DNA from: an uncultured Candidatus Saccharibacteria bacterium
Lineage (GTDB): Bacteria; Patescibacteriota; Minisyncoccia; Phycocordibacterales; UBA2100
Assembly (NCBI GenBank): GCA_964471165.1
Contig: CAYYEX010000002.1
Coordinates: 60,965-124,964, forward strand
Length of the DNA stretch: 64,000 nt
Reading direction: 5' to 3'
Below the pieces are notes generated by a model. It did no database searches, had not been told where the DNA came from, and saw only the letters and a program-made list of their open reading frames with translations. Position numbers and translations under genes: made by a program. Of the stretch, positions 53,050 through 63,342 are shown piece by piece; position 1 is the stretch's first letter; each line of letters starts with the position of its first letter.

Positions 53050-54066
53050 CTACAACGAGAGTGGTTCCTGAGATGCGGGTGGTTTGAACCCCATGTGGAG
53101 ATACGCCTTCTTTGTTGCGGTGCGTCCGCGAGGCGTTCTATCTATCAAGCCTGTCTGCATCAAGTAGGGCTCGTTTACTTCTTCGATTGTGGCCTCTTCT
53201 TCGGAAAGTGCTGCTGCAATCGTTTTGAGTCCCACGGGCGCGCCATTGAACTTTTCTATCAAGAGCGTCAGGATGTCGCGGTCTGTCTGGTTTAATCCAG
53301 CCTCATCGATTTCAAGCATCGCGAGCGCGCGTTTTACCGTTTTTACGTCGAGCGCTTGCTCGCTTACTGCAGCGTAGTCGCGGGCGCGTTTCAATAGGTA
53401 GTTTGCGGTTCGCGGAGTTGAGCGTGAGCGTTTTGAGATTTCCATCAAAGAATCGGCGTCCGCTTCAATACCAAGAATCTTTCCAGAGCGTCGCAAAATC
53501 TCAGCGATTTCCTCGTCAGTGTAGTACTGCAGGCGGAATGTGCCACCGGAAAATCGTGAGCGCAAAGGTGCTGAGAGCATTGAAATACGCGTTGTTGCAG
53601 CAATCAGGGTAAAGGGCGGCAGCTCAAGTTGCACGGTGCGTGCAGCGGGGCCCTTGCCAATCACAATATCGAGCACGCCGGACTCCATTGCCGGGTACAT
53701 AACTTCTTCAATGGTGCGGTTCAGGCGATGAATTTCGTCGATAAAAAGCACGTCGCCGGGGGACAGGTTGGTGAGAATTGAAGCCAAATCACCCACGCGC
53801 TCAATCGCAGGGCCCGATGTGGCGCGCAAATTAGCCCCGACCTCTTTGGCGATGAGGTGGGCGAGGGTAGTCTTACCCAAACCAGGGGGACCATACAAAA
53901 GCACGTGTTCCGGTTGGTGGTTTCTGCCCTTTGCGGCAGTGAGAAGGATACGGAGATTCTCCTTTATAGCTGATTGGCCCACATATTCAGCCCACGAATC
54001 TGGGCGGAGGGCTTGGTCGAGGGTCCGGGAGCCCTTCTGGGTCGCGGAATCGTCGGGGGTCACCAT
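53050..54066 (-). CDS. ruvB: Holliday junction branch-migration helicase RuvB
   Basis: Walker A LLYGPPGLGKTTLA; FIDEIHRL; sensor and winged-helix C-terminus; 338 aa. Confidence 0.9.
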   Translation of the reverse strand: MVTPDDSATQKGSRTLDQALRPDSWAEYVGQSAIKENLRILLTAAKGRNHQPEHVLLYGPPGLGKTTLAHLIAKEVGANLRATSGPAIERVGDLASILTNLSPGDVLFIDEIHRLNRTIEEVMYPAMESGVLDIVIGKGPAARTVQLELPPFTLIAATTRISMLSAPLRSRFSGGTFRLQYYTDEEIAEILRRSGKILGIEADADSLMEISKRSRSTPRTANYLLKRARDYAAVSEQALDVKTVKRALAMLEIDEAGLNQTDRDILTLLIEKFNGAPVGLKTIAAALSEEEATIEEVNEPYLMQTGLIDRTPRGRTATKKAYLHMGFKPPASQEPLSL

Positions 54067-54576
54067 ACTTGACAGTTAGTTATACTATGATATATTACCT
54101 ACAGAAGCGCTGGAAGGCGCTTTTTGTCTACCGTTTCTCAGAGACGCATAACTTCGGGCAATCGCGGTTTCTTCGAGGACGTGAAAGTTTAGGCTCTCAC
54201 TATCCTTAGATCTCAACTGCAACTTTTCCTACAAAAGGATTGCCCGAAATTGTGCATCTCCATCTCAGATATTCTTGAGAGGCGGCTATCCGAACCATAA
54301 CACCCGAAAAAAAATTGAGAAGCGCGTTCTAGCAATAGACCGCGCTTCTTTACATGGTGGCAACTAATGTAGTGCAGCCTACTTGCCCCAGGCACGCTGG
54401 TTTTTGTGGTGTAACCCCGCCGTTACACCGGGGTTCAGGCCGCCGAAGCATCGGCGTGCCCATCAAAACAAAACGCGCCGGCAAATAGCGGCGCGAGGTT
54501 GTCATTCGAATGCAGTAGCTAAACCGCAGCTGCATTTTTTGGGCAGAGGATACGACGCCTGCTCCCGAGTCGAGCT

Positions 54577-54864
54577 TCATTTCTCGGGCTGATTGACTGC
54601 CGTTATTTCATTGATATCGAGCACATCGCGTTGGATGTGAACGCCAGTCGGCAGCACAGTCTTTTTCCGTTCGTTCACGTCGCCCACGCGCGCAATCTTC
54701 GCGCGCTCGGCATCGGTGAAGTGAGGATCGGCGATAATCATATCGACGTCGCCCGTCGGTGCAGTAACCGCGGTCCACGTACGGCCGCGTGCAGTAACGG
54801 TATCTCCCCGCTGGATTGTCATCGGCATCTCCTCGTGAAAAAGCCCCAAGACACACTGCCACAC
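54577..54864 (-). CDS. small hypothetical protein downstream of pilB
   Basis: 95-aa ORF co-oriented with pilB; start uncertain. Confidence 0.3.
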   Translation of the reverse strand: MWQCVLGLFHEEMPMTIQRGDTVTARGRTWTAVTAPTGDVDMIIADPHFTDAERAKIARVGDVNERKKTVLPTGVHIQRDVLDINEITAVNQPEK

Positions 54865-54882
54865 TCGTCTCCAAGCAGCAAA

Positions 54883-56574
54883 TTATTCTATCGTGGAAAG
54901 CATTACTTCGTCGTTGAGGTCTACAACGCGTGATAATTCGTCGAGCGTGGTGACTCCCTGTAACACCTTCACAACACCATCCTGCGCCATACGACGAATC
55001 TTTTGTGGTTTGGCAGCGGCCCAGATTTCGCGTTCCGACGATGTGTGCCGGATGCACTCTTCTACGTTTTTATCCATGAGGATTACTTCCACTACTGCAA
55101 TTCGTCCTTTGTAGCCGATGCCGCCGCACTTCGGGCATCCCTTCGCAATCCACATCGTGTCTTTGTTTGCTGGCAACTCGTCTCCATGTGGAATGTTGTG
55201 GAGCAATTTATCCATGGTTACACGATCGGCTCCCTGAATCGGCACCGCTTCGCGACAACTCGTACAAAGTCGTCGCACAAGTCGCTGTGCCATTGCAGTC
55301 GTGATAGCTGCTCCTAAAATGTCTGGCGATACGCCCATGTCGATAAGGCGGGGGAATGTGCCACCGGCATCGTTGGTGTGCAGTGTAGAGAACACCAGGT
55401 GGCCTGTGAGCGATGCATTCACTGCGGTCGAGGCCACTTCGCCGTCGCGGATTTCTCCGACCATGATTACATCGGGGTCCTGACGGAGTGTAGAACGCAG
55501 TCCCTGTGCAAATGTGTAATCTTTTGATACCTGTGTCTGCACAACTCCCGGAAGGTGATATTCAATCGGGTCTTCAATAGTTACGATTTTTATTTCGGAA
55601 CTCATAACGCCGCGCAAGAAGGCATAGAGCGTGGTCGTTTTCCCAGAACCCGTTGGGCCTGTATTCAAAATCATCCCGTTGGGCTTGGCGATTTCGTGTT
55701 TGAAAATATCCATCAGGTATTTATCAAAACCAAGCACTTCCATCGGCAGCGCAATTGTCGACGGGTCGAGAATACGCATAACGATAGTTTCTGCGTATGC
55801 GCCCGGGAGCACCGAAGTACGAATTTCGATTTCTTTTCCACCGACCACAATCGAGAATCGGCCGTCTTGAGCCATGTTTTTTATGTTGAGTTTGAGCCCC
55901 GAGAGTAGTTTCAGACGTGCAGAAATAAGTGCGTACGTTGGCGCGTCGAACATGAGCACCTGCAAGAGCACGCCGTCCATGCGGTACCGCATACCCACGC
56001 CCGCGTCTTCTGGTTCGAGATGCACATCGGATGCACCAAGCGAGAGAGCCCCCGCCATGAGGATTTCAAGCACCCGAGAGATACGGTGGGCGTCTTTCGA
56101 GCCAGTGTTCGAAGCGATTTCTGCTTTCACGTCTTCAATAGTGTGCAGCTTCTGCAACATTTCCTGGATTGTTTCGTTGGATAGTGTGAGCACGCCTGCT
56201 TCGGTTTGCGTGGCCATCGAGATGTCGTGGTAGCGGTCCCACGCATGTTTGAGCGATGCCTCGGAAACGATGAACCGCTTTGCTTGGTAGCCAAGGCGCT
56301 CAATCGCTTCGATTTGTTTCAGTGCATCGGGGCGGTCCGGAGAGCGCATCGCAACCATGATTTGTTTGTTCATTTTGCGGAATGCTGCGATTTCGGTTGC
56401 GCGGGCGTCTTTTTCCGTAACGAGGCCGAGCGCATCGGTGTCAATTGACTTCGACGTGAGGTCCACGTATTCAACCCCATATTTGTGGGAGAGCATTTCG
56501 GCGAGCTCTTCCTCTTCTTTCAAGCGCAACTCGTGCAAACGTTCCTCCTGCTTTTTTTCGTTGAACTCCGTCAT
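54883..56574 (-). CDS. pilB: GspE/PilB-family type IV pilus / type II secretion assembly ATPase
   Basis: Walker A LNTGPTGSGKTTTLYA; Asp box; His box; tetracysteine CTSCRE...CPKCGGIG; 563 aa. Confidence 0.85.
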   Translation of the reverse strand: MTEFNEKKQEERLHELRLKEEEELAEMLSHKYGVEYVDLTSKSIDTDALGLVTEKDARATEIAAFRKMNKQIMVAMRSPDRPDALKQIEAIERLGYQAKRFIVSEASLKHAWDRYHDISMATQTEAGVLTLSNETIQEMLQKLHTIEDVKAEIASNTGSKDAHRISRVLEILMAGALSLGASDVHLEPEDAGVGMRYRMDGVLLQVLMFDAPTYALISARLKLLSGLKLNIKNMAQDGRFSIVVGGKEIEIRTSVLPGAYAETIVMRILDPSTIALPMEVLGFDKYLMDIFKHEIAKPNGMILNTGPTGSGKTTTLYAFLRGVMSSEIKIVTIEDPIEYHLPGVVQTQVSKDYTFAQGLRSTLRQDPDVIMVGEIRDGEVASTAVNASLTGHLVFSTLHTNDAGGTFPRLIDMGVSPDILGAAITTAMAQRLVRRLCTSCREAVPIQGADRVTMDKLLHNIPHGDELPANKDTMWIAKGCPKCGGIGYKGRIAVVEVILMDKNVEECIRHTSSEREIWAAAKPQKIRRMAQDGVVKVLQGVTTLDELSRVVDLNDEVMLSTIE

Positions 56575-56657
56575 GTATCAATATTGTATCTCAAAACAAG
56601 AGTGTCTCGCTGCCGCGACCCGCTTTGAAGCATGGCGTAAAAGAGTAGAATGCGCAT

Positions 56658-57107
56658 ATGAATATCCTCGAAGTTGCGATGCCTAAAAAAGCAGAAGAGT
56701 TCGTGGCAACGCTGCGACCGCGAAAAACCGCAATGGTCGTTACTCTCTCGGGAGAGCTTGGTGCTGGGAAAACCACCTTTGCCAAAGGTATTGCAAAGGC
56801 CCTCGGGGTGGACGAAACGGTATCAAGTCCTACATTCGTCATCGAGAAAATATATAGTCTGAAAAATCAACTCTTTGACCGACTCATTCACATCGACGCA
56901 TACCGGCTCAAGGATGCGCATGAGCTTGAGGTGCTTGGTTGGAAACAGCTGATAGCAGATTCTGGGAATATTATTGTGCTCGAGTGGCCCGAAGGCGTGC
57001 CCGGGGCCATACCGACAGACGCCATTGGTATTCGATTCGACATTGAGGGGGACGGGCGTATCATCACCATCACCTATGGCAAAGAAAGTTCAGAAAAAAG
57101 CAGCTAA
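56658..57107 (+). CDS. tsaE: tRNA threonylcarbamoyladenosine biosynthesis protein TsaE
   Basis: MVVTLSGELGAGKTTFAKGIAKALGV P-loop; 149 aa. Confidence 0.75.
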   Translation: MNILEVAMPKKAEEFVATLRPRKTAMVVTLSGELGAGKTTFAKGIAKALGVDETVSSPTFVIEKIYSLKNQLFDRLIHIDAYRLKDAHELEVLGWKQLIADSGNIIVLEWPEGVPGAIPTDAIGIRFDIEGDGRIITITYGKESSEKSS

Positions 57108-59571
57108 GCCCGAAGACAAGAATAAGAAAACCACTGCAACGCCCGCAGGTAAGGTAGTCGGGCGCATGGGTAAGGAGGTACCGAAAGACACCGGTAAACC
57201 GACACGCATTGTGCTCCTTGACTCGCACGCAATTTTGCACCGCGCGTATCACGCGATACCCGATTTTTCCAAAGCAAACGGTGAACCGACAGGTGCTCTG
57301 TACGGGCTCGTTCTGATGCTCCTTAAAATCAACGATACGCTCAAGCCCGACTACATAATCGCCACGCGCGATTTGCCTGGGAAAACTGTTCGCCATGAAT
57401 CATTCGAAGCCTACAAAGCAACGCGGGCAGAGGTTGATGAAGCGCTCATCAAGCAACTCATCCAGGCTCCAGAGATTTTTAAAGCATTCGGCATCCCGGT
57501 ATACGAAAAACCCGGCTATGAGGCCGACGACATGCTGGGAACGATTGCGCACGAAACTTCCAAAAGAAAAGACCTTGAAACTATTATTGCTACAGGTGAT
57601 AGCGATACATTGCAGCTCGTTGGTCCGCGTACGCGCGTGTTTATGCTTCGCACAGGGATTTCCGACACAGTACTGTATGACGAAGAAGAGGTGGTGAAAA
57701 AGTACGGATTTGGCCCAGAACACGTGGTTGATTACAAAGGGATTGTTGGCGACACATCCGATAATATTCCCGGTATTCGTGGAGTCGGTGCGGGTAGCGC
57801 AAGTAAGCTGATTATAAAATATGGAAATCTTTCCGAGATTTACAAGGCGCTTGCAAAAAAGGGTATAGAGGAAGTTGCAAAAGAGACCGGTGTTCGCAGA
57901 CAATACATGGACCTTGTGGCGAATCACGAGAAGGAGGCGCTCTTTTCAAAAGAGCTCGCTACTATTCACTGCAATTTACCCATTGGTTTCGAGCTGCCCA
58001 AGGAGCACTATCGAATGAGTGACCACGCCGCCGGCATTGGCGCCGTACTCGAGGAGTTCGAGTTCCACTCCATTCGTCAAAGACTGAAAGGAGCTCTTGG
58101 CTTGAGCGAACCAACCGTGCAGAGAGCCGGCGAGAGTGAGGTAACGGTAGACGCTGCGCGGATAAAGGAAATTGGCATCGCGCTCTGGCTTCTGAAGAGC
58201 GATGTTGTTTCTCCGAGCGTGCAGGATATTCTTTCGTTTGCAAAGACTCAGGACTTCGACGAGGCATGCGCAGTTATCCTGAAGCAACTACACGACACGG
58301 GCCGCTTGGAGGAGGTGTTTAAAAACATCGAGCAGCCGCTCATTGCAGTGGTAAATCGGATGAACGAGGCGGGTGTAATGCTCGATGTAAAATATTTGAC
58401 TTCACTCGAGCGTGAATACGCAGGAGAGCTTTCAAAAATCGGACTCAGAATATTCGGCTATGCAGGACACGAGTTTAATATCAATTCTCCCAAGCAACTC
58501 GGCGACGTGCTTTACGATGAGCTCAAGATTACCCCCGAGCGTCAAAAGAAAACTGCCACCGGGGCACGCACGACGCGCGAAGAAGAGCTACTCAAAATGG
58601 CCGGCCAGCATCCGATTATCATGGATGTGCTCTCGTACCGCGAACTGCAGAAGCTGCTCGGAACTTATATCGAGAAAATGCCCAAGCTTGTAGGGGAAGA
58701 CGGGCGACTGCGCACCGAGTTTGTGCAAAACGGTTCCGCGACGGGGCGCATGTCGTGCCAGGACCCGAATCTACAAAATATTCCGATAAAAACAGAATCA
58801 GGCCGTCGCATTCGCACTGGCTTCATTGCCGCTCCTGGAACGAAGCTTGTCGCAATCGATTATTCGCAGATTGAATTGCGCATTGCCGCCGGCCTCTCGA
58901 ACGATAAAATCCTTACCGAAGTGTTTCGACGCGGGGAAGATGTGCACGCGGCCACCGCCGCGCAAGTGTTTGGTGTGTCGACGGAAAAGGTTGATAAAGA
59001 AATGCGTCGTCGTGCCAAAGTAATAAACTTTGGGATTCTCTACGGTATGGGAGTAAATGCGTTGCGTCAGAACTTGGGTGAGGGAGTAACACGGGACGAG
59101 GCCGCCACGTTCCTTTCTGAATATTTCAAAAAATTTGCAGGGGTGGCGCGCTATATCGAAAAAACTAAAGCAGACGCACAGCGTCAAGGCTTCACCGAAA
59201 CACTCTATGGCCGCAGGCGCTATTTCCCTGGATTCGCTTCGCCACTACCGAACATCAAGGCACAAGCAGAGCGCATGGCTATCAACGCACCGATTCAAGG
59301 AACGCAGGCCGATATTATTAAGCGTGCAATGGTGGTAGCCGATGAAATGATAGAGAAAAAAGGGTGGCGAGAACGTGCAAAACTTATTCTCCAAGTGCAC
59401 GACGAGCTCGTATACGAAATTGCCGAGAATGATATAGAAGAAATCGGCGAGGCCCTGCGCGGAGTTATGGAGAGTGTCGTTGACCCAGCGCAACTTTCGG
59501 GAGTGCCGATTATTGCGGAGATGTCGGTCGGAACAAATTGGGGAAACGTGGAGCGCGTTAAACATTCGTAA
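57076..59571 (+). CDS. polA: DNA polymerase I
   Basis: 5'-3' exonuclease N-terminus (IVLLDSHAILHRAYHA); polymerase motifs A (DYSQIELR), B (RRRAKVINFGILYGM), C (VHDELVYE); start set at MAKKVQ (57076), which overlaps the tsaE 3' end by 32 nt. Confidence 0.85.
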   Translation: MAKKVQKKAAKPEDKNKKTTATPAGKVVGRMGKEVPKDTGKPTRIVLLDSHAILHRAYHAIPDFSKANGEPTGALYGLVLMLLKINDTLKPDYIIATRDLPGKTVRHESFEAYKATRAEVDEALIKQLIQAPEIFKAFGIPVYEKPGYEADDMLGTIAHETSKRKDLETIIATGDSDTLQLVGPRTRVFMLRTGISDTVLYDEEEVVKKYGFGPEHVVDYKGIVGDTSDNIPGIRGVGAGSASKLIIKYGNLSEIYKALAKKGIEEVAKETGVRRQYMDLVANHEKEALFSKELATIHCNLPIGFELPKEHYRMSDHAAGIGAVLEEFEFHSIRQRLKGALGLSEPTVQRAGESEVTVDAARIKEIGIALWLLKSDVVSPSVQDILSFAKTQDFDEACAVILKQLHDTGRLEEVFKNIEQPLIAVVNRMNEAGVMLDVKYLTSLEREYAGELSKIGLRIFGYAGHEFNINSPKQLGDVLYDELKITPERQKKTATGARTTREEELLKMAGQHPIIMDVLSYRELQKLLGTYIEKMPKLVGEDGRLRTEFVQNGSATGRMSCQDPNLQNIPIKTESGRRIRTGFIAAPGTKLVAIDYSQIELRIAAGLSNDKILTEVFRRGEDVHAATAAQVFGVSTEKVDKEMRRRAKVINFGILYGMGVNALRQNLGEGVTRDEAATFLSEYFKKFAGVARYIEKTKADAQRQGFTETLYGRRRYFPGFASPLPNIKAQAERMAINAPIQGTQADIIKRAMVVADEMIEKKGWRERAKLILQVHDELVYEIAENDIEEIGEALRGVMESVVDPAQLSGVPIIAEMSVGTNWGNVERVKHS

Positions 59572-59573
59572 TC

Positions 59574-60203
59574 ATGTTGTATCTCTACTCAGGAACAGAT
59601 ACCGAGCGCTCACGCACACGGCTCAATATTGTTGTCGAAGAAACTACAACAGGCGCAGACGTTTTTCGAATCACCGACGCGCACAGTCTTGCCGACCTCG
59701 AGGCCGCGCTCATGGGTGGGGGAATGTTTGGTGGAAAACGCATAGTCGTGCTCGATAGCACGCTCACGCACGAGGAAATGAACGTGATTGTGATGGCACG
59801 GCTGCCGCAGCTCAAGGCTTCGACCGACACGTTCTATATATACGAAGGCGCACTCGATGCGGCTACTCGCAAACAAATCGAAAAATACGCAGAAAAAAGC
59901 GAAAAGTTCGACGCTGCAAAGTCTGCGGTCAAAGAATCCATTTTTAACTTGGTGCGGCCATTGCAGGAGAGTAAGAAAAAAGATCTCTGGGTTGCGTATC
60001 AGCGCGAAATTCACGCGGGTAAAGCGCCCGAGGCGATACACGGCATTCTTTTTTATGCTGCAAAAGATGCACTGCTTCGAAAACCGAGTGATGCACGAGC
60101 AAAAAAGCTCGTTGCAGAGCTCGCGGAGCTTCCACACACCGCGCGGCGCGCGGGTTTTGAACTCGAATATGCACTTGAACGTTTTGTGCTTGCGAGCGTG
60201 TGA
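59574..60203 (+). CDS. hypothetical protein, DNA polymerase III delta (HolA)-like N-terminal region
   Basis: MLYLYSGTD...LNIVVEE resembles the HolA N-terminus; only 209 aa. Confidence 0.35.
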   Translation: MLYLYSGTDTERSRTRLNIVVEETTTGADVFRITDAHSLADLEAALMGGGMFGGKRIVVLDSTLTHEEMNVIVMARLPQLKASTDTFYIYEGALDAATRKQIEKYAEKSEKFDAAKSAVKESIFNLVRPLQESKKKDLWVAYQREIHAGKAPEAIHGILFYAAKDALLRKPSDARAKKLVAELAELPHTARRAGFELEYALERFVLASV

Positions 60204-60247
60204 TACGATTTCTGTATCGTATGGAAGCTACCAAAGGAGGCTCTTGG

Positions 60248-61906
60248 ATGACTGCTGTGCTGTTCATTACATTGTTTCTCATTGTTGTTCCGCTCGTGAC
60301 TCTTGGACAAGAAGGTAATGCAATGTGTGTACCATCAATTCCCCCATGTGGTTGTGGCAAGATTCTCAAAGATAACAAGTGTGTTGGGGGTACTAATAAG
60401 CTCGGTTGTTCGTGTCAGGAGACGGAGAATGGTTTTACCGCTTCGGGCATTTGTGTTGTTGGTAGCATTTGTAAAACGACTGGCACGAGCGATGGCAAAG
60501 GCCCAGATCAAGGAATGGCAAAGCTCGGCGAAATCCTCGGCAAGTTGATGGAGGCCCTCAAGGGCAAGGATGGTGGAGGTGGTTCGCCCACATCTCCAAC
60601 CGACCAAAACTGCACAACAATGTCGCCGACGAGCGATAAGCAGCTCGCGATGACGAACCCAATGTGTTACTACCTCGACCCGAATGCCACGGACCCGAAT
60701 GCAACCGACCCCTCCGGCGGACTCGTCGCCTCACCAACAGAGGGGCCGGCACCGCTCACTGTGTATTTTGCATTCACCAACGGTACTGTGGGATGCAAAA
60801 CACCGACCCTCGTACTTGATTTTGGCGACGGTAAAACCGAGCAGCAGCAAATCCACTCAGAAACCACGTGCAGTGGCCTGTCTGAAACGACGCAGCACAT
60901 ATACACCACAGCGGGTGCATATTCTGCACGCCTCAAGAATGCATCAACCGACGAAGTCCGTGGTGGCGTAAATCTTACGGTTTCAGAAGGGGATGCAACT
61001 CCAACTCCCGATGATACTGCAACGACAGCCGGCACAAACACGGGCGGCACAAACACAAATATTCAAACGAACGGAAACGCCACGAACCTCGGCGCCACAC
61101 AGTTCACTACTCCGCTCACGAATTTGGGCACTACTGGCACTGTAAAAACGGGAACCACCGGCGGCTCAAATTCAGTAACAGGGAGTTATTCCACAGGAGG
61201 GAGCGTATCAACTGGCGGGTCCAACTTTGGAAACCCGGGAGCAACACTCAATTTCAATACGCCGCAGTCCATTGTGCAGAGCATCATTCAGAAAAATCTG
61301 CCACCCGGTGCATACGGCGACGTAAAGATTCTCGAAAACGGGACCACAATCATTGCCGGTGTCCGCGACAACAACTCTGAAGTGGTTGGATTTTACGGAA
61401 CCAATAGCAAATCTGGTGGGGTCGGAGCAGTTTCCCGATTGTGCACGAACCGACCATGGGCAAGCAATTTCTTGTCATACATTATTCCGCCGTCGTTCTT
61501 TGATTCTCTGTGTACATGGCGCGGGTACACGCCGGGAACGCCACAAAAGGCACCAGTATCGACCAATCCAACTACTGTGGGCACTAAACCTGCCACAGTG
61601 AAAACGACGGTCGGCGGTAAGGCAGCAACGACCACTAAACCGGTAGTCGCTCCGGAAACAGCAAAGGTGGATATTTGGGCTTCGCCACTCGTTGTGCCGC
61701 TTGGTGCACGAACCTCAATCTTTTGGAGTTCACAGGGGGTGAGCGAGTGCGTTGAAACGTCACCAGACGGCAGCTTTACGCATGCCTCGCTCAAGGGAGG
61801 TGCTTCTACAGTGCCGCTCACTGCAGACACAACATTTACGATTTCGTGCATTACGCCAAACGGTGTACATCTCACCAAGGATGTAGTGGTGAAGATGGCT
61901 CTCTAG
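60248..61906 (+). CDS. secreted Cys-rich protein with PKD-like domain and Thr/Gly-rich repeats
   Basis: ATG 60248 preceded by AAAGGAGG; signal peptide MTAVLFITLFLIVVPLVTLG; LTVYFAFTNG...LVLDFGDGKTEQ PKD-like motif; TGT-rich low complexity. Confidence 0.55.
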   Translation: MTAVLFITLFLIVVPLVTLGQEGNAMCVPSIPPCGCGKILKDNKCVGGTNKLGCSCQETENGFTASGICVVGSICKTTGTSDGKGPDQGMAKLGEILGKLMEALKGKDGGGGSPTSPTDQNCTTMSPTSDKQLAMTNPMCYYLDPNATDPNATDPSGGLVASPTEGPAPLTVYFAFTNGTVGCKTPTLVLDFGDGKTEQQQIHSETTCSGLSETTQHIYTTAGAYSARLKNASTDEVRGGVNLTVSEGDATPTPDDTATTAGTNTGGTNTNIQTNGNATNLGATQFTTPLTNLGTTGTVKTGTTGGSNSVTGSYSTGGSVSTGGSNFGNPGATLNFNTPQSIVQSIIQKNLPPGAYGDVKILENGTTIIAGVRDNNSEVVGFYGTNSKSGGVGAVSRLCTNRPWASNFLSYIIPPSFFDSLCTWRGYTPGTPQKAPVSTNPTTVGTKPATVKTTVGGKAATTTKPVVAPETAKVDIWASPLVVPLGARTSIFWSSQGVSECVETSPDGSFTHASLKGGASTVPLTADTTFTISCITPNGVHLTKDVVVKMAL

Positions 61907-62670
61907 ATAACGAAGAAGAAAAAAGCGATTGCGATTACGATTCGGTACACACCGAAGGCAATGAACGTATGGTTGCGCACGTAGTGCAGCAAATAGCGCA
62001 AACTCACGAGAGCGACAAGGAACGAAACAACAAACCCAACAAAGAGTGGTACAAAATCAGACAGGTGGAACGAGGAATAGCTCTTTAACAAATCGAGTCC
62101 TGTGGCGGCCGCAATAGTGGGTACGGCGAGCAGAAATGAAAATTCAACGATAGCTGCGCGCGGCATCCTGAACGACAACCCGCCCACAATTGTGGCTGCT
62201 GAGCGCGATATGCCCGGTATCACTGCGACCGACTGCACGAGTCCGATTAGGGCGGCTCGAGAATACGGCATGGTGCGAATATCACCGCGCGATTCATCGG
62301 GAGTAATGTGGAGCATTTCGAAAAGTATCAGTGCAATACCGCCCACGAAGAGTGCAATAACCACAACGAGTGGGTTCCCAAGCAAAAAAGCTTTCACAAA
62401 TGGGTAAACCGTGAATCCCACAATTCCCGTGGGGATGAATCCGACAATGAGTCGTTTGATGATTTCAATATCAAAGAAAGAGCGTAGGTAGAGCGCAAGC
62501 ACCGCACACATTGCGCCGAGCTGAATGATAATCTCAAAACTTTTGGTGAACTCGGTTACGGGGATGCCGAGAAGCGAGTTCGTGAGGATGAGATGCCCGG
62601 TAGAAGAGATGGGTAGAAATTCGGTAATTCCCTCAACAATGCCGAGGATGAGTGCGTCAAAGAGAGGCAT
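61903..62670 (-). CDS. uppP: undecaprenyl-diphosphatase
   Basis: IVEGITEFLPISSTGHLIL BacA/UppP motif; 255 aa; eight TM helices. Confidence 0.85.
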   Translation of the reverse strand: MPLFDALILGIVEGITEFLPISSTGHLILTNSLLGIPVTEFTKSFEIIIQLGAMCAVLALYLRSFFDIEIIKRLIVGFIPTGIVGFTVYPFVKAFLLGNPLVVVIALFVGGIALILFEMLHITPDESRGDIRTMPYSRAALIGLVQSVAVIPGISRSAATIVGGLSFRMPRAAIVEFSFLLAVPTIAAATGLDLLKSYSSFHLSDFVPLFVGFVVSFLVALVSLRYLLHYVRNHTFIAFGVYRIVIAIAFFFFVI

Positions 62671-62672
62671 AG

Positions 62673-63131
62673 CTATCTATATACGCGAATTGAAAGCAGT
62701 TGTCGCGCGCAGTACACAGCACATACGCCGAGGATGAATCCGCCCAGCACATCGACTCCGTGGTGCACGCCGGCGGCCACGCGCGCTATTCCGACGCAGA
62801 GTGCAACCACAAACAGAGCGACGCCAAGTGTGCGTCGCTTGGTAAATACCAGTGCGGCGAGTGTTGTGGCAACGAGTGTATGCATAGACGGAAATCCGTT
62901 TTCAATCCCGTGGGGGATGAGTGGGTCAAAAGCACCGACAATAAAGGGGCGAGGATTGTCATACAAATGTGTGCCGATTTTGGCAAAAATGTAGGCAAGC
63001 AAGAGTGAAAAAATTGAAAGTGAGACAAAGTGTATACGTTCTTTCTCTGGAAGCATCCAGATAACCTGTAGCAGGGCAAGCGGCACGAGAATGATGAGGT
63101 ACTGAGCGGCAAAAACAATCAATGCGTCCAT
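62673..63131 (-). CDS. PAP2-family phosphatase (membrane)
   Basis: PSMHT...HHGVDVLGG PAP2 motifs; 152 aa. Confidence 0.65.
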   Translation of the reverse strand: MDALIVFAAQYLIILVPLALLQVIWMLPEKERIHFVSLSIFSLLLAYIFAKIGTHLYDNPRPFIVGAFDPLIPHGIENGFPSMHTLVATTLAALVFTKRRTLGVALFVVALCVGIARVAAGVHHGVDVLGGFILGVCAVYCARQLLSIRVYR

Positions 63132-63192
63132 GGAAAAACTTTAGCATGGGCACTCGCTCACTCCTCAAGGGAATGCTATATTTTCGACACTT

Positions 63193-63265
63193 GCGCTCAT
63201 AGCTCAGTTGGTAGAGCAGCTCCCTTTTAAGGAGACGGTCCCAGGTTCGAATCCTGGTGGGCGCA
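63193..63265 (+). tRNA. tRNA-Lys (anticodon TTT), CCA not encoded
   Basis: acceptor GCGCTCA/TGGGCGC, D-arm GCTC-AGTTGGTA-GAGC, anticodon loop CTTTTAA, T-arm CCAGGTTCGAATCCTGG; one G:A mismatch at 27:43. Confidence 0.8.
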
Positions 63266-63278
63266 CACGAATCACAAA

Positions 63279-63300
63279 CGGCACGAAAGTGCCGTTTTGT
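63279..63300 (+). terminator. intrinsic terminator ACGGCAC-gaaa-GTGCCGT + TTTGTGTTT
   Basis: hairpin plus T-rich tail directly after tRNA-Lys. Confidence 0.6.
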
Positions 63301-63342
63301 GTTTACGAGTGAGCCCACAGCAATGTGCCTGCGCACATTGCG

